Of a stretch of 64,000 bases of DNA, positions 30,112 through 44,131 are shown piece by piece. A program made the translations under genes and the position numbers. This stretch comes from Auanema rhodensis. Its lineage: Eukaryota > Animalia > Nematoda. Under the pieces are notes generated by a model. The model was given only the letters and a program-made list of their open reading frames with translations, had not been told where the DNA came from and searched no databases. Each line of letters opens with the position of its first letter. The first letter of the stretch is position 1. The DNA lies in the NCBI GenBank assembly GCA_964057225.1, contig OZ059895.1, positions 16,554,001-16,618,000 of the forward strand. Reading direction: 5' to 3'.

Positions 30112-33100
30112 ATGGAAGAAAAGTGCACTTTCGATTTAGTAACTCTCTTAAGAGCTCATAAACCTATAACTTGTAATATTACTTGTAAGTTTCACACGTT
30201 TTTTTATCTTTAATCACTAAATTATTTCAAGATAAGGGTGTTGATAACTCATTTGGTGTTTATCAGCATGCATTGACGTCATATTTTTCTCATAATTCTT
30301 TAATATGGAAAAGGTGGTTATGCTTATATGGTTTTTTTCTTAATTGATACTTTTTAGAAACGGGAAAGCCTTTCCTTATCGTCTGACTATTCCTATTAAA
30401 TTCGTATCATTCGAGGAATCTTTATGTTGGAGACCGGATGCGGAAACAGAAAAATTATCAGATTTAGCTTATCTTCATATTTTCTTTATTAGTACTTCCG
30501 TAAGCATTGAATGAAACTTCTTAATCATAATAATTTTGTTTTAGTCGGTTGAAGATTATCGAACCACTGTGCGTCATAATGTTTCCGAATGGTTTTCAAA
30601 AGTGCGTTCTTCTTTCTATTGTTTTTCTTACAAAGCCACTTCATAGGTTTCTTCTAAAGCTGATGTTCAATGGTTTATTGTGGTTGATTCTACGAGAGCC
30701 AAAGAAAAGAAAAATAGAAATTCTTTAATGGAAAAATTGAAAAGCGATTTCAATAGGCATACCTCTAGGTATTTCTATTCTTATTTATAAATTATTGTCA
30801 TTGTTTTGAAGGCTGATTGAAGTTTCTGAATCGGTGGAACACGGTTCTTTCACTGGTCTTGCTCAAACTGTTCATACTGCACTTTTAAGCCATTTAGATT
30901 TAATTGTAAATGCTTGGGAGAATGACATGGGTAAATTAAATTTGATTTCAAGGGTTTCATGTTTTTTCTTTGTTGCAGGGAAAGCAAGAGATTGCAGTCA
31001 TGAATCAACGTGGAACATGTATAATTACTTTACTTCCACGGTAAATTCTTCATTAGACTCTTTTTCAACATAAGATTTTCTATTTAGACTGAATATGCTA
31101 GGTTTTTTTGGAGTCTTGGAGCACTTGAACATGCTCTAACGATATTTGATGATTTAGACCGATTTTTATCTACAATTGTACACTTCAGCTATGGTAAATG
31201 TTTTTTTGACGTCAAACTTATTTTTATTTTTACTTAGACGTTGTGCCTGACTGGTTGTTCTTATTGCGCTCATCAAAATTATCAACTTGTCCAACTATTA
31301 GTGTAACTATTAATCGAATTCTTTCTAATAATTCAGATAATTATACTTTATTAGGTAAGAAAAGTTGTTATTTAATGATTTTTATTGCTTATTTCTCTAG
31401 ACTTACGACATTACCTTTTAACACAACAAATATCTTTATGTCTTCATTTGAATCATATGAGAGCTAGGTATGGATTACATATAATTTTCTTTTTCAAAAG
31501 TTTTTGTTAAGATCTCGAGGTGCTGCACCATCTCTTAGGTCAGATTTTGCTGGATTAATCTTGAAATACACTCAACATGCTCATCAAACTATCAGGGAAC
31601 ATAGTGAACTTTTAAATGTTAGTGATGATATCAATTGTTAAATCGTTATCTTGAATCTTAAGCTTCCTTTGGATTCCAAACAATTATCCTGTTGGACAAT
31701 TCTTTTGGTTGGAGAAGCTCTGCACATTTCAGGGTTATTAGCCGGCTCGACGACGATTGAAGAAGCTGCATCACCGTCGTTATGCCAACTTCATACTTCT
31801 CGTTTCCATGCTGTTTGTTTCATTTTTTGTTATTTAAAAAAAATATTTATTTAGATATTAGCTTTGGACTCAGAAAACTCTCAATCTGACTTAGTTCAAT
31901 GGTTGCTAGATAGTAAACTGAAAGACAACTTCTTGTCTGATGTTCTTCAAAATAAGCAATTGTTTTCTACACAACTTCAGAAAGTAAGTGATTTGTGATT
32001 TTATTAAAATGAAATTTTTTTATTCCAGATTCATGACATTACCAATTCCATTTTAACTCAATGCGGTCGAAAAAGGACATGTGCGTATATAGGAGGATTA
32101 TATTCCCAATGGTTAAGGTTTTATAACTTCAGTTATTTTTTTTAAAAATTATTTTTTCTAATTAAGGAAGGAGAATCGAATAGATCCAGCTTTGCCATAT
32201 CATCTTCGTTTTGTTAATGAAATTATTGAAAATGGATGTACGTCTGCTAAAGCTCTAGAAGAGGTCAAGCAAGTGACTGCATTATTGAACCCTGAACATG
32301 ATTTCAATAGGTTTTATCAGAATTTTTGAAGATCTTTGTTATAGTTATATCTTTTCTTAGAATTTTATCATTGCTCTTCTTCGTTATTACTAACTCTAAC
32401 GATGAAGAGGAGCGTTTAGTTTATTCTCAAAAAATCCTTGACCATCTTTCCAATAAATCTGGAGGTCTTTTAAGGTAAAGAATTTATCTTTTTTCATATT
32501 ACGTTTGATGTATCTTCAGTGTTACTTCATTATCTCCTTCACCTTCTAGCTTATTCAAATGCTATGTTAAGAAATTCTCTCCAAATGTTCAACTACCTAA
32601 CGGCTTATTTGAAATTGGTAATTTTCGTTATAATTTTTTTCTTTATTCAAACTTTTTGTGTTATAGATGTTGAAGTAGAAAGCTTATTTCCACTTAGTAT
32701 TCAAGATTGTAAAATAACTGTTCAAATGAGGGAGATTGATGCCGGTTACATATCTCGTCGTCGAAATCCCGTTTTTCATCAAAATTTTAGTGTAGGAAGT
32801 TGACACTCTTGCTATTTAAAATTGAAATTTTTTTTAGAGCCGTGACAATGCTACCAGAGTTCTAGCTATTCACCGTGGTCATGCATTCGATAGGCCTACG
32901 CCAGCGACTCCTTCAGCTGCAGTTGTCGAACTGACGGAAACGAAGGAGTTAATTGAAGGACTAACCAAATTTGTTAGTCTTTTACCGTTTTAAGCCGCCC
33001 TAATCGTTGTGTCTTCAGTCTTTGTCGTCTTCGATTCCATCTCGCGGTTGCTATGCATTGGAAAATATTCGGGTCTCTATAGCACATGATTCACTATGCT

Positions 33101-34779
33101 TTGATTTTCCATCAGATTATTTTGATAATCATGTTCCTATATTCACATTTGTTCAAAGTTCACCTAGCTCAATAACAGTAATCGATGGAAGTGGTTTGTT
33201 TTTCTCATTAAATCTTTATTGTATAAAGAATTTCCAGATTTACTTGCTGGTGTTGTCCAGTCGGTTGATATAGTCTTGGAATCTGGGACTAACATTCAAG
33301 AGTCCACTATTCTGATAACCACGAGTGATGATTCTACTGCAGAATTCTTGGTATTTCGCGAAACTCAATTGATTTTTCAATTTTTTTTTCATTAGACACC
33401 CGAAGATAAATGGGAAAATTCACTTACTGTTGCTATTCCTCCTATTCAAACGGATCAGTCGTATAGGTTATTACATTAAGCGAGTTGAATTCGTAATCTG
33501 TGATGCTTAGGTTCACAATACAACTTTGCGTTCCTATGGATTCCGCTATGACAGAATCGCCCGCAGTTCGGAAAGTGAAAGTAATATTTCGCCGTTATTT
33601 AAGTTTTTTATTTTCAATTTAGTTTTCGTTTGAATGGCAAGGAAGAACATGGAGTTATGACTTATCTTTCGTAGCTCTTCTCATTCTCAGTTCCAAAACA
33701 ACACTCTTGGAAAACAAGTATGCTTGCTATTTCAAATTATTCTCTGAAGTTCAAATCTCTTTAGAGTACTCTACGAACTAGAAGTAACTCGAGCGTTAGC
33801 TGATGAATGGACCGTTATTTTCGAATCAGCTGTTTTGAGCATAGACGGTCCTGAATCCGAACCTCCCATTATAGCCAAGTTACTTAATAGCGAACTTGAG
33901 GACTTGATTCCTAACATTGTTTCAACTTTACTATGGGTATTACCACAAGAAGGAGAAATACCTATACTTCATAAATTAGATATAAAGTATAAAGTTAAAT
34001 CTAGTAAGGTAATGTTGTATAGCCACCATGTCATATCTCATACATACTTTTCAGAATGATCAGACAGACTTTGTTGATCACACATATTCTTATCATGCTG
34101 ATGTACAACTTAAAGTCCCAAAAGTATTATCATCTTACTATTTTAATCCTTTTACTATGCTAACACTTACAGATTGCCTACGAGCTTTGCACTCAAATGC
34201 TATCTCACCAACCTGGTGCCCAATTGTGCAGAGCTGGTTCTCCTTGTGATTTAGTTGTTTCGTTACGGTTTATATTCTATATTTAGCAGATATTAATACT
34301 TATTTTTAGATCGCTCAACCATTCTGTAGAAATGCTCTACATAGTTTTAGATGCTGATTCTAATCTCTGGACACTTAACGAACGGGCAAAAGGTATATCG
34401 ACCTTAATCGTCATTTCTATTTTTATTTATTTTTCAGTTCTTCAAGTGAAAGAGTCTGGCTTAGGTCAGATGGCTTTTAGTGTTGTTCCTTGTGCTGCTG
34501 GCTACTTGCCGTATCCATCTGTTTCCGTATATAGTTGTATCAACGTTGGGGTGTGTATTTCCGATTCTTCTATCAACTCCCTCAAATCTTCCTTTTCAGG
34601 GTAGAAGTTTAGAATCTGGATGGTCAGAAGGAATCGATATCGTCCCCGGTTGTCCGTTGATTTCCTTTCAACGAACAGCTGGTAAACAGATACGTGTACT
34701 GGCCGCAAGTCAAACGGAAACCCAGACCAATGAGCGAAAGGCTGGACTTAAACAGAAAATTGTTAAATTGTTTGATTAA
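30112..34779 (+). CDS. trpp-10: TRAPP II subunit TRAPPC10 (Trs130/TMEM1)
   Basis: LHIFFIST..VEDYRTTVRHNVSEWF..QWFIVVDSTRAKEKKNRNSLMEKLKSDF; C-terminal VVPCAAGYLPYPSV; many short introns. Confidence 0.8.
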
Positions 34780-35078
34780 TAGTCATTTAATTCTATTGTA
34801 CATATTGTATACTTTTTCTTTTGGAATTTCGATGTCTAACCAATTCGCATTTAACGAAAATCTAAGCCGATGTGATGAGCCATGTGCAATACTAGTTTTT
34901 TCCCGGATGACGAGTCTCATAGGTATCTTAACAGCTGTGATTTAATTTTTATCTTTTAATAATATATTTTTATTCTTTTTTTGCTGAAATTTGCAACAGT
35001 TTACTACTGAAGCTATTACTTGAACTGTTTTATTTTGTGTTTTTCCTCATTTAAAACTTTCAGAAATGTTTTTCAAGT

Positions 35079-37122
35079 ATGATTGTTAGAAAACAGAGAC
35101 ATACGATTGTTTTCATGCTTGTTGTTCTATTTATTCTATTTTCTACCGTTTTTTATACGAATATATCGTCTTATACTCTGAAGACTGATGGAAAGGTTCA
35201 CGGTGCCTTTGAAAAATCCCCATTTGCCAAAGTTTGTCAGTTTGTAGTTTTGTATTTGATAACAAGTTTTAAGGTTTTTATTCATCTCGACTTGAAGGGA
35301 GCCCCTCCAAAAGTATCCTATTTTGAACATTTATTCCCTATTTTGCGGCGATTGGGTGTGAACGGACTGTTAATAGAATATGAAGATACATTTCCCTATT
35401 ATGGGGTATTATCGCAGGTTAATCTGGACTTTTGCGTTCAAAAAGAATTTAAAATTTAGCTTCCGCGTAAATCTCATTACTCACGCGATGACATTGTCCG
35501 CATATTGCAGGTAAGATATGAAAAACCTGATTTAACTCTTCGATATTACGTGATTAGCTTGCACAAATGAACGAATTAGAGGTAGTTCCGCTGTTACAAA
35601 CATTCGGACATTTAGAGTTTGTGTTAAAACATGAAAAATTTTCTTCTTTGAGAGAAAATACTAAAGCGGTTAGTTCTTTAATTGTTCAGATATTTACTTG
35701 CAATTATGTATAATTATAGGATGATAGTATATGTCCATCAGATGGAGAATCAATATTTTTAATAAAAGAAATGTTACGTCAGGTTTATTCTTCCTTCTTA
35801 TAATACAATACTCTTATTTAATTTCTTTCAATAGACTAGAGAACTTCATCATAATTCCAAAAGAATACATATAGGTGCCGATGAAGCATACCATGTTGCG
35901 GAAGATAATAGGTTCAAGGAAGCTATTTTCTTTCTTATTTGAGATTCTTTTCTTAGATGCGAGAAACGATTAGATCTTCTAGGAAAACATTTAAATAGAC
36001 ATGATAGTGTGGAGAAATTGAAGTTGCAACACATCGCTAGGTTTTTTATTGTCTAGTATGATGTGATTTTAACATGCATGTTCTAGAGTAGCAAAACTTG
36101 CGTTAGAAGCAAATTTCACTGAGGTTTTCGCATGGAATGACATGTTTGATAAATCATCAGTTCGTGATATGAAAAAAGAAAAATTGGGTTTGTGTTTTTT
36201 GAATTTTCACGAATTTATATGATTTTTCAGGTAGCTTACTAACTCCTGTCGTATGGGGCTATGCTGAGAATGTGTTACGTGAAAACTATTTTCCTACAGG
36301 TTTATTTGATAGATTAGTTATGGTTTGTTATTAAGTTGTAGCAATCATGAATCTAAGCCTATATTTTCAGGTTTTTCCGCAAATGTGGTTTGCTAGCGCA
36401 TATAAGGGTGCTAATGGTGCTAATCAAACTTTTATCAATATTGATAGATATCTTGCTAATCAAAAGTCTTATGTGAAACTTTATGAGCAATTTGCGCCGG
36501 TAATTTTATATTTTAACAACATTCTGTTCTAAATCAACTCTTTTTAAGACAATTACCGGATATGTTGGTGGTATAGTTATTACTGGCTGGCAAAGATATA
36601 AGCATCACTTCCCGTTGTGTGAACTACTTCCTATTTCTGTACCATCTTTAGTATATAGCTTGGTTTATTTGAATGATGTAGAAAAAAGTCAATCAGAATT
36701 AGAACTTACTGTACAGGTAAACTTCATCTGACTTTATGTAATTGCTAAATAAATTCAGGACATCTTAAATTGCTCTGGTAAATATCACAGAAATGCCTTA
36801 CTCCCTTTGTCATTTAAAAACTTCACCTACTTTCCTGAGAAAGAAATTGTTTATTCCTTTTGTGATTTTTATGGAGCTGATGCTTTCAAGCTGGTATTTC
36901 TTCCTTCTCTTCATGTTCACATAGATTAATAAATTTTGATTTCAGGTTATGAAAGATCTGCGTTATTTGCGTTGGAAGAAAAGACATATCCGTCCACGTG
37001 ATACCGCAAAGTTTAAAGAAGAAGTTCTTAATCTAAAGAACAATATAAGATCTACTTTTCAGCGATATTTCTTTGAAGAAGATATAAATGAATTCATTCA
37101 ACAGAATATAGATCCTATTTAA
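35079..37122 (+). CDS. hex-4: GH20 beta-hexosaminidase (HEXD/hex-2..5 subfamily), type II membrane anchor
   Basis: [10 protein letters not shown]; [11 protein letters not shown]; [16 protein letters not shown]; IHIGADE; [11 protein letters not shown]; ITGWQRY..CELLP. The specific paralog name rests partly on recalled synteny. Confidence 0.85.
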
Positions 37123-37402
37123 ATTTACTTATCATGTTTTAAATAATACCCTCATTTTTACGAGTATTTTATTAAGTACTATAACCTCTCTCCCTTGCCC
37201 TTCACTTCTACGCTCTATAATCTCCTTAGATCTGCCATTATTGAATATAGATTTATTTATTTTTATAAATATTTATTCATCCATAAAACCATAATATTTA
37301 TGGTTTACGATTAAATCATTTTTAACTTGTCGTATGTTGTCGGTTGAATCCATTCAGTTATTTTGGATCTTTTGTGATTCCGTCTCAACTCCTATATTAA
37401 GC

Positions 37403-40034
37403 ATGAAGAAGAATGGGAGAGATAAAGACGATACTCAGCTGTTGATAAATAGGCACAGTAAGCTATTTCAGGATCAGAATTGTGATTGTGCTCTTGTTAA
37501 CCGTTTTCTAGATTCTGATGAAGATGTCGAAGCTGATGAACATATAGCGATTTCTGCTAGAAATTTCGATGCTATGCCTCATGTATTTAACTTAGCTAAT
37601 TGTATCGTAGGAGTATCTGTTTTAGCTATGCCATTCTGTTTTCAGCAGGTAAAATCTAGTGGCTAATATTGGTTAAGACCGAAAAACGTTTCAGTGCGGA
37701 ATATTACTAGCAGTTATTATGATTGCTCTTTGTTCTATACTAACTAAACTTACCTGTCATTTTCTCACAAAGGTTGCTTTCTCAGCCAGGTTCTAAAATA
37801 CTCATAAACGGAATAGATATAGAATATTTTAGAAAGCGTAGTTACGAAGCCTTGGCCTTAGCTGGACTAGGGTCAGCAGGTCGTCGATTCGTTGAAATTA
37901 GTTTACTGTTGTTTCTTGTATCATCCATTGTTGCTTTTATTGTTGTAATCGGAGATATTGGACCTCACGTTGTAGCCGAGTATTTAGAATTAGAGGCTCC
38001 TACTTCCCGATTAAGAAGCCTTGTTTTGGTCAGCAGAAATATTTTCTTCGTTAACCACTATATCCGATTTCAGATGGTCATCATTATATTTGTCGTTTTC
38101 CCGTTGTGTTGGATCAAAGATCTAGAAACATTTTCTGTTTTAAGTTCTGCTGCAGTTCTTTTCTATGCTATATTTGTTGTTAGAATGGTATTATTATTTA
38201 AAGTACATTATCGTAAATTGCAACTACTTTAGCTCGGCGAAGCTTTACCCGTTTTATATGATGGCAAATGGAGTATTAACGTTGTTTGGTGGAGACCAGA
38301 AGGTTTCTTAAAATGGTTAATTTAAATTTTTAATCTAATGCATCAAACAACATCTTTACTTTTTCAGTCTGCCTATTGTGGCTATGGCCTTATCCTGCCA
38401 AACACAACTTTTCTGTGTCATGCAATGTATTAAAGATGTAACTCCACAAAAAGTTGAATTAGTTGTTTCCAATGCCATTAATTTCTGCTCTGCTATGTAC
38501 GTTTTGTTTCAATTACCCTTACACTTTTGAGAAAACTTGAAAAAGTAAAAACAACCGGTATGTGTCATGCACGCGAGGAAAGTGAATTTGAATTTGACGT
38601 ATCGTCAAATGCGTTACGTGTTCTCATTTCAAATCAAGATCCGCTGATTTGGAAATAAAATAATTATTATGTTTTAGGTATGCAGCGGTCGGGTTGTTCG
38701 GTTATGTTGCTTTCAGTACTGAACGGTTACATGGTGATGTGCTAGTAGAACTAGGTTTGTGTAGTTTATTCAACTTCTCTATCCAACGACCATATTGTTG
38801 CAGAATCATCATTTTTAACTGAGATGTTAAAGTTGGCCTTTATGCTTTCAGTAGCTATATCTATACCTTTAATGCTTTTCCCTGCTCGTTCTGCACTTTA
38901 CAATTTACTACTACGAGATGTGAATATTATATTTTTCTTTTGCCTTGAATGTATAGTTGAATTTTAGAGCGGTTGTGATTTACCTGCCGCATTTATTGAA
39001 TCTCATACATTCCATATACTAACAGCAATTATACTGGGATCTACGTCAATGGTTGCCCTTTTCATTCCAAATGGTTTTGTTTTTCTTGGATTAAACCTTA
39101 AAGGAATATCCTAATTTCAGTTGAGTTCGTTCTTGGTTTAACTGGTTCTTTAATCGGTTCCATGGTAACTACTATAATACCTTCAATTTTATATCTCGCT
39201 TTAATCAGAAAAGGCTCAAATCTTCATTATGCCGCAAGAGTAGGCTGAAGAGTGATATAACGAATGTCATTGCTTTTGAAAATTTCAGATATGCTTGGTT
39301 ATTGGATTTTCGATTATGCTTGGAAGTACTTGGGCTACGTTAAGTGCGGATCAGCATAGTACCGTTGTTGAAAAGGTTTTTCAATCCATTAACTTCATTC
39401 ATACTCAATGAATACCACTTTTGTTATAGCCTATGCCAAAAGATTCTGTTGTTGATCAACCGGCATTGAAATCGTTGGAAAGATTAGAAGAGAAAGTTCT
39501 AGATTCAAATCTCAATATATCACATGTATGTTATTATTCATATGCTTGTCCAAACGAATATTTTTCCAGAAATTGGATGACATAGCGAATCTGGCCGCTA
39601 AGGGAGATCAGAAAGAAGCTGCAAGATTAATCGTTGAAATGAAGGAACAACAGGAGGAACAAGTGAGTTGTCATAAGGAATGTTATTCGCTTATGGTGCA
39701 TCCTTTAAGGTCAAATTGATTAAAAAGCAGGAGGAGATCGTTGAAGAGCTTAACAAGCATGTTGAAAAACATAAATTAGGTATTGAGAATTCAAAGTATA
39801 GCTGAACTATAAGTCATCTTTCAGCGAACGATGAGGTTCCGAAAGAAAAGAACGTAACAGCAGTTTTATCCGAAAATCAGGTAAAATCGCCCAATCTATC
39901 AAGAATACTCTTTTCAAAATATTTAGACAGCGGCAGAGAAGGTTCCTGTAGTAGTAGAAGAAGATGCGGCCAAGGCTGAACCGGTAGAAAATAAAAAAAT
40001 AGCAAAGTCTCATGAAGGAAGTGAAGTCAAATAA
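37403..40034 (+). CDS. SLC38A10-like amino acid transporter with charged C-terminal tail
   Basis: [70 protein letters not shown]. Start could be 37334. Confidence 0.88.
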
Positions 40035-40511
40035 GTTTTTACATATTCGATTCGATGGGTTTGAATTACGAGGAGATAATTATTTCGAGAATTGTATTTA
40101 TTTGAACGGGTTTTGATAAACAGGCATATATGTGCAGTCTGAAACTTTGGTGAACAATATGAACAATGCATGTACAGAAAAAATTAATAATTATCAATTA
40201 TTTGAAAAGGGAAAGTCCCTGAAAGAATGACAAGAAAAGCAAGTAATATCATGTTAGATGTATGTAAGATCTGGTTATTAAATCATGAGGTAAAGAAAGT
40301 GTTATGCATGAATTAGTAGTGTTAACCGTCGATATGGAAAGCAAATGAGAAAAACAATCTTGCAAGCCTTTGAAGTAAAATATAAATATCAATTGAGAAA
40401 TGATATGGGTCTATACTCTGTATGACAAGCTAAAAGGGGAATTGGAAAGCATGTCGTTTCGAATCGCGACTAGAAGTGGAATTGAAGAAAAATTTATTGG
40501 AAAAGCATAAC

Positions 40512-42163
40512 TTATCCATTGGATGAATCATTTGGCCGCACTCGTGTATCTGAATTATCTCGCCTCATAGGAACTGCTGGCTAAAATTGAGAGTAGGGGT
40601 TAAGCTAATACTTATAATAAGTGCGAACCTGAGTGTTGGAAGCATCAGAAGAGCTAACTACTAGGTTTTCTGAGTATCGAGGAGGTTCTGGGGGTACTGG
40701 GGCAAGCAAAGCTTGATCATAGCTTGGAGGAGGGTCAATATGCTTAGCAACAGCATCGGCATCAACTCCACCTATAAATAAATATACGTATATGAAATCA
40801 AAGGATATAATTGAATCTCACCAATCATATTTGGATTAAATGTAGGTATTGTGTCTAAACGAATAATATATGGCGGACCTCCTGGAGGTGGATAGGGTGC
40901 TGAACTTCTAGTCATATGACCCAATCCTAGACGTTGTCTTTCGCTGGGCAAGAGATATTCCTATACAATAAGTAGTGTCCACAGAAAATGACCAAGTTAT
41001 AGTTTACCTGAGCTTGATGATGGTTCCTACGATCGTTATATCTGCAAGGTTGTTGAGATGAACGCTGATTAGGCCTGCGTCTATCTCCATGCCTTGAAGA
41101 GTTCGATGTATGGTTACGTCGTTTCCGCGGACACCAATCAATTCTACATAAGGCACAGCACAATAGAAATATAATTAAACAAGCTATGGGAAGAGCTAGA
41201 ACACTATATGGAGCTGTGAAATTCTGCAACAATTCAATGAAAATAGAGTTCATTACTTGAAACATACTTCACAGAATTTTCCTGAATAAAATATACGACT
41301 GGAACAATCACAACTCCATGATCCATTTGATTCGATTAATGGAGCTTTGTGAGCACATCGTATAGTTTCACAATGGGTTCCTTCAATATATAAAGGATTT
41401 GGGCACCTAAAACAAGGAATAACAGATAAGATAGAATGATCAAATATGTCTTACTTGCACTCAAAAGCGACAGGGCCTACTTTAGTCTTTTGAAGCTCTC
41501 CATTATTCAAGCAAATTTTTCTTTCGCATGTTGCGCCCTAAATGAGTTGAAGGTTATCGGGATGAATATGATTTTACGATACCGCGAATAGCTTTGGACA
41601 TTCACATTTGCCACCAGGAACACGGATACCACCATTAACACAATTCAGTTGGCTTATCCCTAACATATCTCGAAAACCGGCCCATACATTATTGACCACT
41701 TTGAAAACTGAAGAGAAAAATTTTTAAAGGTTATTGATCAACTTGAAAATACTCTGAGGCTTTGCAGTTGTACTTGTAGTCGCCACGGTAGTAGATAGTA
41801 TAGAAACAGGTCGAGAACCTGAGAAATTTGGGGATGTATCCTTCTTCACAACTATGTTTGAAGAATCAACACTAGAAGAATTTGATAATACTATAGGAGT
41901 AGAAGCAGCAGACTGAACAGAAATGGATACGATTCATAATCAGGAAAGAATGAACAATACCTGTTGCCTCAATTTTTGTACTGAAGCCATTCTCTACGTG
42001 ACACGGCTCTTATCCTCACGCTTACGCAAGTGAAGAATGCCCCAACTTTGTTCCTAAACGAAAAACATAATAATCAAAAAATCTAGCAACTTGAACGAAA
42101 AGTTTTAAAGATAACGAAGGGTTGAATACCCAAAAGAACGAAACACGGAAGTATAAAAAACAT
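40512..42163 (-). CDS. Single-pass membrane protein: signal peptide, S/T-rich region, three EGF-like repeats, TM, cytoplasmic PPxY motifs
   Basis: MFFILPCFVLLG; CVNGGIRVPGGKCECPKLFAGATCE; CPNPLYIEGTHCE; CDCSSRIFYSGKFCE; TM LALPIACLIIFLLCC; tail GPPY and PPPSY. The 5' model needs a 20-nt micro-exon. Confidence 0.65.
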
Positions 42164-42495
42164 ATCTTATAGAAACAATGAAAGTATAGAAGCGTCATAG
42201 TTGACTAGAAATCTGAGCAAGAAAATTAGAAAAAAGGATTAAGCTACACAATAGACTAGAACAAAGAATTAATCCGTAATAAGTGAGTGAAACGCAAAAA
42301 AAATCGAATTAATTGTGACACCAGTTTATTTTATCACTTCAATTGGTTATAGTAGACCTGCTTGAAACACCCAATAAAAGTTAATAAAACTAATTATAAT
42401 TTTGATTTTAAGTGAGGAAACTCCTATGAGATTCGCTTTGTCTTCTCATTCTATTAGGAGTTTCAACATCCATTGGTAGTAAAGCAATTTGTTCT

Positions 42496-43903
42496 TCAGC
42501 AACGGTACTGGCCAATAATCGCCCACCTGTAAAGCAACTTAATAAAAGATATTATGCTATCAAAATCATGAGAATATGAAATCCTGAGCCAAAACATGCT
42601 TTTGGCACCTTCACGTTTTAAAGCTATGTAGGCAGCGACACAAAACTCTATATATATGGAGACAACAACAAGCGGGCCAAACATACCTACGACATCAACG
42701 AAGTCTGAATCTGTTTCTAAAGCATATTATTTGAACAAAAAAAGGGTATTTTCGCTAGCAGTTTGGCACTAAGGACAATTTTTGTGATGAAAGAAATCAA
42801 AACAATACCGTCACTTCCTCCGAACTTGGCCCGATTCCGCCGTTGTGATGAAGAGGGGTTAAGTTTGTGATAAATAGAAGATACAATGTTTTTAGATGGT
42901 GGAGGCTGCTCCACAGTAATATTATATTTGCTAACCCTGGAAACATAAAAATTATTTAGTAAAAAGAATGAAAAAAACCTACAATTTGACAAATTGATTG
43001 ATCATGGATCTCAGCTCCATGAGTTGTTCCACATCAAATTTCTGTAAAGAAAAGTTGAAATGCTATATATCTTATCTATATCTTCATAACCACAGATAAA
43101 ATCTATGAGTCATAAAAAAGCAAAAAATTCGCTTAAAATCGAAGTAGCGTTATATTTCATTGCTCATTCAAATTGAAGAAAAATGAAAAAACAAAAGTAA
43201 TACCTGGGGTCCTAATCTTGCTGCTTCATGTAAATAGGCAATACGATAGCAGAGAGAAGCGGGTAAAGCAGGAAATTTAACTTTAAGTCTTAAAGAAGAA
43301 ATAGTCCAGCAGAACAAGTGACTAAGCCTACCTTGTAAGATAATCCACTGTCTTTTCGCCCGGTTCACGACGGTATCCAAACTTACACATTAATCCATCT
43401 GAATAAATGATTTTGTAAAGAAGTTAATGGCATTCCTGATTATACCTATCTCTAAAGCGACTTCATCAATAGCTATCATACGATTTACATATGGCGTATT
43501 GCTGTCTGAACATGGAGTGAATAATGATTTTGAAAAAGGACAAGCGGAAGTTGCTTACGTTGACAAATAGTTGTACATTCCGTGAAGCGTGGTTGATAGG
43601 ATAGCCGAATGTTTTGAACTATATCCAATTTCGAGTCTATACCTGCCCTTGCTCTCCTGAATGCGTCAACTAACCGAAAAGTTGAAAATCATTAAACTTA
43701 CTTTGAGAATGGAAGGTTCACGTTGAGCTTATTCCGAGCATTGTTAGCACGAAGGCGAACTATTTGTCTGCGAGCAAAAATTCCCATAACAAGTGCTATC
43801 TAAAACAAACGACAATACTTGAAGACAGAAAACAGAAGGTTACCAGAACACAAGCCGTCACTCCATAAAAGAATTGGAAGAAATCAAATGGCATATACAA
43901 CAT
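42496..43903 (-). CDS. NICE-3/C1orf43 family protein (3' end approximate)
   Basis: FFYGVTACVLIALVMGIFARRQIVRLR; SKLDIVQNIRLSYQPRF; YVNRMIAIDEV; HEAARLGPQKFDVEQL resemble conserved NICE-3 blocks. Confidence 0.7.
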
Positions 43904-44075
43904 TTTTGCAAATAATGATACAATATCAATGACCTATTACCATCTAGAAAAAAATAAATAAAAATAAAAACATTATAAGAAGACAAAAATATTATATTTA
44001 TATAAAATATATAAAGATATATTTATAATCTAAAGGTTATAAAATTGATAATGAAATGCCCCCTTCCGTACTAAA

Positions 44076-44131
44076 TACACATACACAATACACACATATA
44101 TACACACACACACTCACACACACACACACAA
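44076..44131. repeat. Imperfect (CA)n microsatellite
   Basis: tacacatacacaatacacacatatatacacacacacactcacacacacacacaca. Confidence 0.8.

Noticed and set aside
41961-42198. Possible stop-codon readthrough (in-frame TAG before MASVQKL) in the EGF gene
   Set aside because: A conventional model with a 45-nt intron and a 20-nt exon joins a good signal peptide in frame, so readthrough is unnecessary
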